A stretch of DNA of 64,000 bases from an uncultured Candidatus Saccharibacteria bacterium (lineage in GTDB: Bacteria; Patescibacteriota; Saccharimonadia; Saccharimonadales; CAZARM01): positions 182-64,181 of the forward strand of contig CAZARM010000005.1 in the NCBI GenBank assembly GCA_964487615.1. Reading direction: 5' to 3'. The notes beneath the pieces were generated by a model that had not been told where the DNA came from, searched no databases, and was given only the letters and a program-made list of their open reading frames with translations. A program made the position numbers and the translations under genes. Positions 52,699-61,304 of this stretch are shown here, piece after piece; the first letter of the stretch is position 1, and every line of letters starts with the position of its first letter.

Positions 52699-54174
52699 AT
52701 GGATTTTCTTGATCCAAAAAAGAAACGCGCCCACCGCATAAAACTATTCATTGGCTACGGACTGATGGCTATTGCTCTGGGGTTTGGTACCAGAATCCTG
52801 TTTTCCCAATCTTACGGGTATCACCGCGACCCTAAAACTGGGGAAGTTGTGCAGAACGGCCTGGTGTTTATCAATGCTCAGCCTGAAGCTGCCCAAGTTA
52901 AACTAAACGGCGTAGACAGGGGTCAGACCGACCAGCGTCTGGACATACCATCCGGACAATATGATCTAGAACTAAGCCGCAGCGGCTACCGAACTTGGAA
53001 GCGCAGCTTTACACTTGAGGGCGGTAGCATCGAGCGATTTGTTTACCCCTTATTGTTCCCTGAAACTTTAAAAACCTCAGACGTACAGTTATATGCTAAT
53101 GCTCCTAGTCTAGCGACGACCAGTCCCGACCGTCACTGGTTACTAGTAAGTCAGCCTGGCTCGTTCACGACTTTCGACGTCCTTGACCTAGAAAGTTCAA
53201 CAGCGACAAGCAAGGTGGTTTCTTTGCCAGCATCACTACTAGAGGCTAAAGGGGCAACTCATGGATTGTCACTGGTGGACTGGGCTAGCGATAATCGTCA
53301 TGTGCTACTGAAACATAGCTTCGAAGGCGGTCAGGAGTTCGTCCTGGTAGATATCGAATCACCGGCCGGGAGTGTGAACATCAACAAAACCTTCAATGTA
53401 CCATTGACTGAGGTTAGTCTCCGCGACAAGAAGTTTGACCTGTATTACTTATTCAACCAACCGGCCAAAACGCTGCAGACAGCCACCCTATCGAGCCGCC
53501 AGGTCACGCCATATTTGAGCGATGTATTGGCCTTCCGCTCATCAGGTGATAACGTCGTAGTTTATGTCACCGCAGCGCAGGCTAAGGAAGGAAAAGTACT
53601 ACTCAGGGTTCGCGAAGGAACCGATAGCTACAGCTTGAGGGAATTCCCAGCGGGCGATAGCTATGTTTTAGGTGCGAACCGCTTTGACAATGCGTGGTAT
53701 TTTGCCGCCGGTGCTGCCAGTGAGCAAAAAGCGTACGTCTATAAAAATCCAGTAGCCGCCATTAAGCGACGCCCCGACGTAAAGCCAGTGCCAGTGGGCG
53801 TCCTGCATTTAAACAAAGCCCCAGAGTTTATAACATTTTCAGCAAATGCCCGTTTTGTAGCCGTTCAAGCCGGCAGTCAGTTCGCTGTCTATGATGCCGA
53901 AACCGACCGCCAATACAACTACGATAGCGGCCTCATACTCACCCCTGCCCAGCAGGTTACTTGGATGGACGGTCACCGTCTGATGGCTGTGGCTGGGGGC
54001 AAAACCGTGGTATTTGATTATGACGGTACGAACAAGCAGACTCTATCGCCAGCTGTGGCTGGCTCGGTGCCACTATTTGACGGTAACTACAAAGCTTTGT
54101 TTAATGTGGCATCATCAGTTATGGTGCCGGGGCGGTTTGCTATTACTCGGACAGAGTTGCGGGTTACGCAGTAG
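52699..54174 (+). CDS. PEGA-domain membrane-anchored protein with probable beta-propeller C-terminal region
   Basis: N-terminal TM, then a PEGA-like segment VFINAQPEAAQVKLNGVDRGQTD...GQYDLELSRSGYRTWKRSFTL. Confidence 0.65.
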   Translation: MDFLDPKKKRAHRIKLFIGYGLMAIALGFGTRILFSQSYGYHRDPKTGEVVQNGLVFINAQPEAAQVKLNGVDRGQTDQRLDIPSGQYDLELSRSGYRTWKRSFTLEGGSIERFVYPLLFPETLKTSDVQLYANAPSLATTSPDRHWLLVSQPGSFTTFDVLDLESSTATSKVVSLPASLLEAKGATHGLSLVDWASDNRHVLLKHSFEGGQEFVLVDIESPAGSVNINKTFNVPLTEVSLRDKKFDLYYLFNQPAKTLQTATLSSRQVTPYLSDVLAFRSSGDNVVVYVTAAQAKEGKVLLRVREGTDSYSLREFPAGDSYVLGANRFDNAWYFAAGAASEQKAYVYKNPVAAIKRRPDVKPVPVGVLHLNKAPEFITFSANARFVAVQAGSQFAVYDAETDRQYNYDSGLILTPAQQVTWMDGHRLMAVAGGKTVVFDYDGTNKQTLSPAVAGSVPLFDGNYKALFNVASSVMVPGRFAITRTELRVTQ

Positions 54175-54183
54175 CTGCGAGAG

Positions 54184-54242
54184 TCTTCTTTCCAAGAAGC
54201 AACCTCAATGTTACTTTCTTGTGCGACAAGAAAGTAACCAAA
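54184..54242 (+). repeat. Two-hairpin post-stop module, copy B
   Basis: The same TCTTCTTTCCAAGAAGCAA / ATGTTACTTT...AAAGTAACCAAA blocks as 2801-2853. The second stem is lengthened by paired changes (GTTACTTTCTTG/CAAGAAAGTAAC). Confidence 0.6.
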
Positions 54243-54418
54243 GAAACGCCCACACTGATCCCACACTGCGGAGGTTGATAAGAACCAGGCTTGCCTGCCA
54301 AGCACTTTTATTAAACTTGCTGCCAGCAACTTTATTAAAAGCACGAGTCAGGCACCCAAGGCCGCCTGGTTCTCACAACATCCGGTCAGGTGGAACCAGA
54401 CGTGGAGAGGACCAAGGG

Positions 54419-54447
54419 ATGCCCTTTGAGGAGGGCATTATTTTTTG
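54419..54447 (+). terminator. Intrinsic terminator (plus strand)
   Basis: ATGCCCT-ttgagg-AGGGCAT followed by TATTTTTT. It abuts the convergent sortase stop. Confidence 0.7.
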
Positions 54448-54448
54448 G

Positions 54449-55693
54449 TTATCCGGAGATCCAGGACCAAAAGCGGGCCCAGAGGGTTGGGGCGTTAGAA
54501 GGCAGTTCGGTGGGCTGGCTGGCGGTCTGTTTGGCACTGCTGGCGATGTTAGTCGTGGGATCGGGGCTGATCTGCTCGCCGATAACGATCAAACGATTTA
54601 TCGACGTTCCCGGCGGGTCACAGGTAATCAATGTGGCCGTTGGGCGATCTAAGCTACCTAGGACCGATACGTCGTCTGGTTTGACAATTTTTTTCTCAAA
54701 AACTTTATAGATGTAGCGTTTGCCGTCTTTCTGCAGCATAAACGTATCGCCGTTTTCTAGCCGGCTGAGCAGCACGAAGGCGAACTTGTACTTGCCCTTA
54801 TTCAGGATGTTGTTGCTGGAGTGTCCAAAGTACACGGCGTTGCCTTGCTCGCCTGGGTTGGACGTGGTGGCGTAGTGCAGTACCCCGCCCTCCAGGGCTC
54901 GTTGGATAGCGTGCTCATCAACCGACGGCTCATCGTAAATAACTGGAATCTCTACGTTGATTTTAGGAATAATAACTTTTGGCTCTGGCCCGACGGCCGA
55001 GGTACTGTCAGTGATGATGGGAGTGGAGCTGACATTGCGGCTGGGAGTGATGAATGGCGCAATGAATCGCTCGTTGAAGAAGCCAAACATCAATACGACT
55101 AAAGTAAGCAGGCCCATACTGAGCCCAAACCCTAGCGATTTTAAGTGTCGTTTGTGCTTAGCGCTTGCGCGGCCACTAATTTTGCGTAGCAGCTCGTCTT
55201 TGATATCTTTGGCAGTGGTCAAGGGGTTAAATGGTTCACTTCCCGGAGCGCGATGAGCGGGCGTCGGCTGGTGCACCTGAGGCATTTGCTTATGTGGAGT
55301 GTGGTGAACAGTGTGGACATGGGGTTGAGACAGCTTGCTAGCCCGTCCGTGGTTGGCGTAGAATTCTCGCCAAACCTCAAATTTTTCATGGTCGGGTAAG
55401 TTAGCGTAGTAGGCATGCCAAGCTGTTTGGATCTCGGCTAGAGGTTTACCAGAGGTACTTAGATCGTACATAAATTGCTGGTGCTTGGAGCGCCGATGCA
55501 CTGTTTGGGCCTCGGCGGCCTCTTCACGGGCTTCAGGTTCATGCTTGTATAAAGCGTTGATCTTGCCCCGAATCAGTTCCACTGCTTCATTGCCCTCTAC
55601 CGACTTGGGAGCATGCGAAGCCGTACTCGCTGGTTCATATTTGGGCGGCACATTAAAGAGTGGGTTGTTCCCGGTAGGGTTATTAGGATCCAT
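54449..55693 (-). CDS. Sortase-family transpeptidase with about 190-aa cytoplasmic N-terminal extension
   Basis: C-terminal catalytic region containing ATLITCDPPGTSINRLIV (TLxTC). One TM. His/Pro-rich N-terminal region. Confidence 0.8.
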   Translation of the reverse strand: MDPNNPTGNNPLFNVPPKYEPASTASHAPKSVEGNEAVELIRGKINALYKHEPEAREEAAEAQTVHRRSKHQQFMYDLSTSGKPLAEIQTAWHAYYANLPDHEKFEVWREFYANHGRASKLSQPHVHTVHHTPHKQMPQVHQPTPAHRAPGSEPFNPLTTAKDIKDELLRKISGRASAKHKRHLKSLGFGLSMGLLTLVVLMFGFFNERFIAPFITPSRNVSSTPIITDSTSAVGPEPKVIIPKINVEIPVIYDEPSVDEHAIQRALEGGVLHYATTSNPGEQGNAVYFGHSSNNILNKGKYKFAFVLLSRLENGDTFMLQKDGKRYIYKVFEKKIVKPDDVSVLGSLDRPTATLITCDPPGTSINRLIVIGEQISPDPTTNIASSAKQTASQPTELPSNAPTLWARFWSWISG

Positions 55694-55864
55694 GAGTATT
55701 TCTTATGCTAGCGATAACAGGGATAATTATAACTGATATGTCACCTGGGAGCCACATCAGTTAAGATTTTATAAGTGGCGTGTGGATGATGAACGCGCAA
55801 GTTGTTGCCCCTGTCGGGGAACGCTCAACTATAGTATAATTTGCCACGTTCTACCCCTATGCTT

Positions 55865-55951
55865 GCCGCGGTGGTGGAATTGGTAGACACGCCGGACTCA
55901 AAATCCTGTGAACGCAAGTTCGTGACGGTTCAAGTCCGTCCCGCGGCACCA
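55865..55951 (+). tRNA. tRNA-Leu (anticodon CAA), long variable arm, CCA encoded
   Basis: Acceptor GCCGCGG/CCGCGGC. Anticodon loop CUCAAAA, with one C-U mismatch in the stem. T arm ACGG-UUCAAGU-CCGU. Confidence 0.9.
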
Positions 55952-56070
55952 GCTTGGAATTGTATTCCGACTTCCGTAAAACGACGGGAGTCGTTTTACT
56001 TCCAGTCTCCAACAATTCCTGCACTTTCCTAAAGCCGAATGCTCTCGTCTTTAGGAGGAAGACATTCGAA

Positions 56071-56856
56071 TCAAGATTGAAGGAGGGAGGTGGTTAGGGC
56101 TTCTAAGGGTTTGGTGGGGTTTTGGAGGCGCCAGACGCTGGCAGCAGCCGCAGTCTTGACCCGCCAAATGGGTAGTTCTTTGGTTAATTTAGTGGTGGTC
56201 ACTCGACCGCTCAAGGCTACGAGCAGATTATCTAGATGCTTGACGATAATCTCTAGCGAGTACATGTCAGTAAACTCGCGTAACGTCTCGACCAGCTTTA
56301 GGAGGTCCATGCCGAATGTAATTGGTTTAGTGAAACCGCTGGCGGCCACTAATTTTTGTAGTTCGCTCAGGCTTAAAACAAGTGTTGTATCACTCCGTTG
56401 CAACAGTACACTTGGCTTAGACGTAAAGTAGTCGACTGCGTCTTGGGTCAGCGTTAGAGCACCCGAATATTTGCTGACAAATGATTCTAATAAAATTGCT
56501 GTCTCAGAGTTGCGTCCTAGATCTCCAGCTACCAGTACCCCGTCGGCCCATTGACTTAATTCAAGCAATTCCGCCAAGGCTTTTTGACTGAAGCTGCCGC
56601 TGGGATTACTGGGTGCAAATTCGCCCTCGGTTAAGACTGGCCCGACGACTTTTTTAATCGCTTCCGGTAGCAGAACGCGGGCTGTGCCAACGCCGGCCTG
56701 CTGAGCGGCCTGGTAGGCCTCTGCTACTGCAGCGAAGCCATGAGCATTGCCACCGATAATTGCTAACTTACCTGCCTGGGCCTTATGCTCTGGCCGGCTC
56801 CAAAGCAGTTCTGGGAATAACGGTGCATCTTTAGTCTGCTTCTGCCAATAGTCCAT
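56071..56856 (-). CDS. YjeF-C-terminal / NAD(P)H-hydrate dehydratase-like carbohydrate-kinase-fold protein
   Basis: RPEHKAQAGKLAIIGGNAHGFAAVAEAYQAAQQAGVG matches the HKGxxG...IGG...GA N-terminal motif of this family. Confidence 0.55.
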   Translation of the reverse strand: MDYWQKQTKDAPLFPELLWSRPEHKAQAGKLAIIGGNAHGFAAVAEAYQAAQQAGVGTARVLLPEAIKKVVGPVLTEGEFAPSNPSGSFSQKALAELLELSQWADGVLVAGDLGRNSETAILLESFVSKYSGALTLTQDAVDYFTSKPSVLLQRSDTTLVLSLSELQKLVAASGFTKPITFGMDLLKLVETLREFTDMYSLEIIVKHLDNLLVALSGRVTTTKLTKELPIWRVKTAAAASVWRLQNPTKPLEALTTSLLQS

Positions 56857-56858
56857 CG

Positions 56859-57656
56859 CTAAGAGTCTATAGTGATACTGATTGGGCAGTGGTCGGAACC
56901 CATGACCTCGGGGTGGATATCGGCAGTTTTGACTTTGCTTTTGAGCGCCGCAGAAACCAGAAAGTAGTCAATCCGCCAGCCGACGTTTCTAGCCCGGGAG
57001 TTGGCAAAGTGACTCCACCAGCTGTAATGTCCATTGCCCTTGTGGAACATTCGAAAGGTGTCGACAAAGCCGGCATCGATGAAATTCTGGAAACCTTCGC
57101 GCTCTTCATCGGTAAAGCCCCGCTTGCCTTTATTTGGCTTGGGATTAGCTAGGTCGTCTTCGGTGTGGGCGACATTCAGGTCGCCCGTAAAGATTACTGA
57201 CTTCTTTTTCTCCAGCTGCTTGCAGTAGGCCAAAAAAGCCGGATCCCACTGCTTGTGACGCATAGGCACTCGCGACAGATCATCTTTCGCATTCACCGTG
57301 TAGACATTAACTAAGTAAAAGTTGTCAAACTCCGCTGCAATCACTCGTCCCTCAGAATTGGGGTCTCCGTAGCTGTCGGCTATTAGCCCAAATTTCTTGC
57401 AGATATCGTCAGGCAGGCTGTTAATCACCGTCAGCGGCTTGATACGAGTAAAAATAGCAGTACCGGAGTAGCCCTTTTTCTCGGCGCTATGCCAGTATTC
57501 TTCATAACCTGGCATGTCTATGACGGCTTGCCCCTGCATGGCTTTGGTTTCTTGCAGGGCCAGAATGTCCGGCTGATGTTTTTTGACAAATTCTTGGAAG
57601 GCTCCTTTGTTAATCACCGCCCGGATCCCATTCACGTTCCAGCTATAAATCTTCAT
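56859..57656 (-). CDS. xth: Exodeoxyribonuclease III (AP endonuclease)
   Basis: MKIYSWNVNGIRA ... LALQETK ... GDLNVAHTEDD ... SDHCPI. ATG 57656 is preferred over the track start 57725. Confidence 0.93.
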   Translation of the reverse strand: MKIYSWNVNGIRAVINKGAFQEFVKKHQPDILALQETKAMQGQAVIDMPGYEEYWHSAEKKGYSGTAIFTRIKPLTVINSLPDDICKKFGLIADSYGDPNSEGRVIAAEFDNFYLVNVYTVNAKDDLSRVPMRHKQWDPAFLAYCKQLEKKKSVIFTGDLNVAHTEDDLANPKPNKGKRGFTDEEREGFQNFIDAGFVDTFRMFHKGNGHYSWWSHFANSRARNVGWRIDYFLVSAALKSKVKTADIHPEVMGSDHCPISITIDS

Positions 57657-57724
57657 GCCTACAAGTATACCGTAAAGCCCGCGTTGACTGAGTTGGGAGT
57701 GGGTACCCAACTCAAGCGAAGCCA

Positions 57725-58951
57725 TTACTCGTAACGGAGAGCATCAATGGGATCTTTGCGGGCGGCCCGCAGTGCGGGGGTCACGCCAAAGATAATGCCG
57801 ACTATCAACGCCGCACCCACGGCTAGGCCCATAATCGGGAAAGTAATTACTGGTTTTAGGTCCGTTGAAATTCTTAGCCCAATGTTAATCACAATTGATA
57901 TGATTACGCCCACTATCCCACCGAAGACACTCAGAATCATGGCTTCGGTTAGGAACTGGTTGAGGATTTGACGATTAGTAGCGCCCACTGCTTTGCGGAC
58001 ACCAATCTCAGCCGTACGCTCGGTAACGGCCACTAACATGATGTTCATAATGCCGATTCCGCCCACCAGCAGCGAAATAGCGGCTACGCCGGCGATAAAG
58101 CCGGTGATGAGGTTGAGGGTAGCGCCGGTTAATGCCAGGGTTTCCTGAGCCTTAAGCACGGCAAAGTCTTGCTCGCCACCGTGAGAAGCGGTGAGGTTGG
58201 CTTCGATGCGATGAGTCGCCTCAGTGGGGCTGACATCATTTTTGGGCCTGGCTAGTACTTGCTGGACCTGAATATTGCCGCCAACCAATTGCCTGCCGAC
58301 CTCGTAAGGGATGAAGATGGCTGAATTGTAGTCTTCGCTTAAGAACCCGGGTGCAGTGGTGTCAAATTCTTCAAAGATACCTCGGACTACAAAGGTGTGA
58401 TCGCGTAGCTTAAAATCTTTACCAATCGGGATGTTCTCGCCAAACAGCTTCTCCGCCACCTTTGGTCCAATCACGGCAAAGTCATTGTTCAAGCCATCAT
58501 CGCCGTAAAAACTGCCGTACTGAACCTTTTGGTTAAGTAGGCTGGGGGCATCTTGGGTGGTGGCGATTATCTGGCCGTCGTAACTAGAAGTTGCAGTTTT
58601 AGCGGTGCCGGTAACCCGAGCAAACGGCGCGCTTTTGTCTAAGCCCTCGGTAGTTTGGATTGTTTTATAATCTGACTCACTAAATACGCTGCCATTACCT
58701 AAAGGGCTGAAGCCGCTGATGTTGCCGTTAGGCTCGCGATGTACGCGTTGCCCTGGCAAAACGGTGATCAAATCTTCGCCGCGCTGGCGAATCTGGCCAC
58801 GAATCTGCTGCTTGACCCCCTCCCCCAGCGATACGGTTGTCATAACGGAAACTACCCCGATAATGATGCCCAAACTCGTCAGGAAGCTACGCCATTTGGC
58901 ACCACTGATAGAGTGCATAGCCATTTTGACATTAGCTCGACTGCGAATCAT
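57725..58951 (-). CDS. ABC transporter permease, MacB/FtsX type
   Basis: 408 aa. The N-terminal TM plus large periplasmic domain plus a C-terminal FtsX 3-TM bundle form the MacB-like architecture. Confidence 0.88.
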   Translation of the reverse strand: MIRSRANVKMAMHSISGAKWRSFLTSLGIIIGVVSVMTTVSLGEGVKQQIRGQIRQRGEDLITVLPGQRVHREPNGNISGFSPLGNGSVFSESDYKTIQTTEGLDKSAPFARVTGTAKTATSSYDGQIIATTQDAPSLLNQKVQYGSFYGDDGLNNDFAVIGPKVAEKLFGENIPIGKDFKLRDHTFVVRGIFEEFDTTAPGFLSEDYNSAIFIPYEVGRQLVGGNIQVQQVLARPKNDVSPTEATHRIEANLTASHGGEQDFAVLKAQETLALTGATLNLITGFIAGVAAISLLVGGIGIMNIMLVAVTERTAEIGVRKAVGATNRQILNQFLTEAMILSVFGGIVGVIISIVINIGLRISTDLKPVITFPIMGLAVGAALIVGIIFGVTPALRAARKDPIDALRYE

Positions 58952-59025
58952 GACACGCTCCCTACGGTCGCAGAAGTTAGATTACGGATTCTAGAAGTTA
59001 GAGTAAAAACAAATCCCGAACTGTT

Positions 59026-59053
59026 TCTAAAATCTAAAATCTTAAATCTAAAA
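59026..59053. repeat. Heptamer tandem repeat (TCTAAAA)x4, one variant unit
   Basis: TCTAAAA TCTAAAA TCTTAAA TCTAAAA lies in the 106-bp gap between the ABC ATPase stop and the permease start. Confidence 0.7.
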
Positions 59054-59057
59054 TCCC

Positions 59058-59933
59058 TCATTTCTTGTCCTTCTTGGGCCGAGCACGGTAGGACTTGGCC
59101 TTGGTTTTACGAGGCTTTCGGGTTGTTTTCTTGGGTTTGAGCTTGCCAGGCAAAGCTTGCATCAGAGCCGATACACCTGCCAGATCGTCCTCGGTGGTAG
59201 TCTTGGGGATAAAGTACAGCCGACGGGCCATATCAGGCACTTGGCCAATCGCCGATGCTTCGTCGGCAATGATGGCGCCGTCATGCATGAAGACTACGCG
59301 AGTGGCATACCTGGTGAGCTCCGGATTATGAGTGACCATCAATATAGTGTTGCCGTCTTTGTGTAGCTCGCTAAGCAGCTCCATAACCAACCGCGATGAG
59401 CCACTATCCAAATTACCAGTCGGCTCGTCGGCAATGATAATGCTGGGCTCGTTAATGAGCGCTCTGGCTATGGCTACCCGTTGCAGTTGGCCACCACTAA
59501 GCTGCTTTGGAAGGAAGTACTCGCGGTCGGCCAAGCCTACACGCTCTAGCATGGTAGCGGCTCGCTTCTGACGGCGGACTTGGCCCACGCCCTTATACAT
59601 CAACGGCAAGGCGACATTTTCTAGCACTGACAGCCTAGGTAACAGATTAAAAGACTGAAACACAAAACCGATGGTGTCCCGTCGCAACTTTGCTCGACGG
59701 TTTTGATTGAGTCTAGCAACCTGTCGAGTGTTCAAAAAGTAATCCCCGTGAGAGGGACGATCTAGTAAGCCAATAATGTTCATGAGCGTCGACTTACCAG
59801 AGCCGCTAGGCCCCATGACGGCCACAAATTCCCCGCGCTCAATCGAGATATTTACTTCATCAATAGCAAGAGTGGTGGCATCGCCTAACCCGTAAACTTT
59901 ACTGGCATCTTTCAGCTCAATCACGGAACTCAT
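59058..59933 (-). CDS. ABC transporter ATP-binding protein (MacB/LolD-like) with Lys-rich C-terminal tail
   Basis: Walker A GPSGSGKST, signature LSGGQLQRVAIARA, Walker B IIIADEPTGNLD. ATG 59933 has a GGGAG SD. Confidence 0.93.
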   Translation of the reverse strand: MSSVIELKDASKVYGLGDATTLAIDEVNISIERGEFVAVMGPSGSGKSTLMNIIGLLDRPSHGDYFLNTRQVARLNQNRRAKLRRDTIGFVFQSFNLLPRLSVLENVALPLMYKGVGQVRRQKRAATMLERVGLADREYFLPKQLSGGQLQRVAIARALINEPSIIIADEPTGNLDSGSSRLVMELLSELHKDGNTILMVTHNPELTRYATRVVFMHDGAIIADEASAIGQVPDMARRLYFIPKTTTEDDLAGVSALMQALPGKLKPKKTTRKPRKTKAKSYRARPKKDKK

Positions 59934-60185
59934 CGCATAACTCCCGTCCAGCCTCAAACTCTCCTGGCAAGCACCCTGCACCAGTTTTGTTCGTCAGCGT
60001 ACGTCGGTGTACGCTTCCTCACAAGAACTAGCACAGGGCACTCACCAGGAGTGTTTTCACTTAACAGACTGCAGATATTCGATGAGTTCCAGGACATGTC
60101 CTAATAGTGTAACCTCTCCAACAGATAGTACAAGGTGTTAAATATACAATTTTCAGATATAATTTCCCTGGCCTGTGGCCGACTC

Positions 60186-60275
60186 GGAGAGGTCGCATAG
60201 TGGTCTAGTGCGCCGCCTTGGAAAGGCGGTATGGGGGCAACTCCATCGAGGGTTCAAATCCCTCTCTCTCCGCCA
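60186..60275 (+). tRNA. tRNA-Ser (anticodon GGA), CCA encoded
   Basis: Acceptor GGAGAGG/UCUCUCC. Anticodon stem CCGCC/GGCGG with loop UUGGAAA. Long variable arm. T arm GAGGG-UUCAAAU-CCCUC. Confidence 0.92.
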
Positions 60276-60276
60276 G

Positions 60277-60310
60277 AAAAATATCCGCTGTGGTAGCGGA
60301 TATTTTCTTC
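60277..60310 (+). terminator. Intrinsic terminator after tRNA-Ser
   Basis: AAAATATCCGCT-gtggt-AGCGGATATTTT followed by a T-rich tail. Confidence 0.8.
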
Positions 60311-60337
60311 ACACGGGTCTCTCAATCTTATTTTTGG

Positions 60338-60607
60338 CTAGACTGTTCCCTGGCCACGGCTGCCGCTGAGCAGACGCATAAAGCCTAACAGTACGACTGC
60401 ACCTCCAACGGCTATAGCGATGCTCATGAGGTTAAACCCAGAAACGCTCGGTCCGCCAAGCAAGCTAGACAGTGCTCCGCCAATAAAAGCACCGACGATG
60501 CCGATAATTATATTAGCCAAAGCTCCCTGCTGTGCATCGGTGTGCATAATCAAGGAGGCGATCCAACCGGCCAACGCTCCAAAGATGATCCATAACAATA
60601 TGCCCAT
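60338..60607 (-). CDS. GlsB/YeaQ/YmgE-family (transglycosylase-associated) small membrane protein
   Basis: MGILLWIIFGALAGWIASLIM ... IIGIVGAFIGG is the typical family signature. Confidence 0.85.
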   Translation of the reverse strand: MGILLWIIFGALAGWIASLIMHTDAQQGALANIIIGIVGAFIGGALSSLLGGPSVSGFNLMSIAIAVGGAVVLLGFMRLLSGSRGQGTV

Positions 60608-60700
60608 GTCTTCCTCCTAGTTTATTAATGCAGTGAAGTAGTTCAGTGTAATTGCAAAGCCTTCGTCGGACAGCAATATATTTCACACCCCGAACAGTGT

Positions 60701-60847
60701 TTATTTAAACATGTTATGGCTAGAGTGGCCGGGCTTGGGGGCTTGCGGGACGGTGCCTGAAAAGCTAAAAGTTTGTGGTTTAGGTTGTTTAAATTTTTGT
60801 TCTTTCGGAATGTGTAGTACGTGCCCTGTCGCGTCATGCTTGCCCAT
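60701..60847 (-). CDS. Candidate 48-aa small protein (below the ORF-track cutoff)
   Basis: My own translation is MGKHDATGHVLHIPKEQKFKQPKPQTFSFSGTVPQAPKPGHSSHNMFK*. GGAGG SD about 7 nt upstream. It overlaps and competes with the track ORF 60643-60837 in another frame. Confidence 0.35.
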   Translation of the reverse strand: MGKHDATGHVLHIPKEQKFKQPKPQTFSFSGTVPQAPKPGHSSHNMFK

Positions 60848-60960
60848 GAAGTGCCCTCCTCTTTAACTGTTTTGTAATGAGTGATCGCTCACCGTACCAG
60901 ACTATCATTGCTTGTGTTATTGATGCTGCCGAGTATCTCGCATTACGTCTATATTAGGGT

Positions 60961-60992
60961 TAAGAAAAAGAGGCCCCTTTTAAGGAGCCTCT
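60961..60992 (-). terminator. Intrinsic terminator (minus strand)
   Basis: On the minus strand, AGAGGCUCC-uuaaaa-GGGGCCUCU is followed by UUUUUCUUA. Confidence 0.55.
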
Positions 60993-61023
60993 ATGAATGT
61001 GCAAATGCCGAAGCTACACGTTT

Positions 61024-61131
61024 CTAGTAGTGAATGTAGTGATCGTGTATCCACGTGATGTCTTCACGCGTCAATACTGATGTTTTTGGATGTGCGTCGT
61101 TGCGATCGACGATGACTTCAAATTTGTTCAT
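61024..61131 (-). CDS. Candidate 35-aa small protein (below the ORF-track cutoff)
   Basis: My own translation is MNKFEVIVDRNDAHPKTSVLTREDITWIHDHYIHY*. GAAGGAGGG SD 6-7 nt upstream. The terminator at 60961-60992 lies downstream. Confidence 0.35.
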   Translation of the reverse strand: MNKFEVIVDRNDAHPKTSVLTREDITWIHDHYIHY

Positions 61132-61304
61132 CTCTCATCCCTCCTTCTTTCAGTTGACTCTTACAGATTAATGCTTAAGGATGTAAATCGAAATGAATTA
61201 TCTCGCTTAATTGCTGTGATTAATCGCACACAACAGCAATTACACGCCGTTAATTGTACAGATGCATAGGGGTGCTGATCTGACCGCACCGTGATAGCAA
61301 GGTG

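Noticed and set aside
60643-60837. Track ORF of 64 aa (MTRQGTYYTF...).
   Set aside because: It has no SD. A different frame starting at 60847 has a GGAGG SD at ideal spacing. Only one can be real, and I favour the SD-supported 48-aa frame, itself at low confidence.
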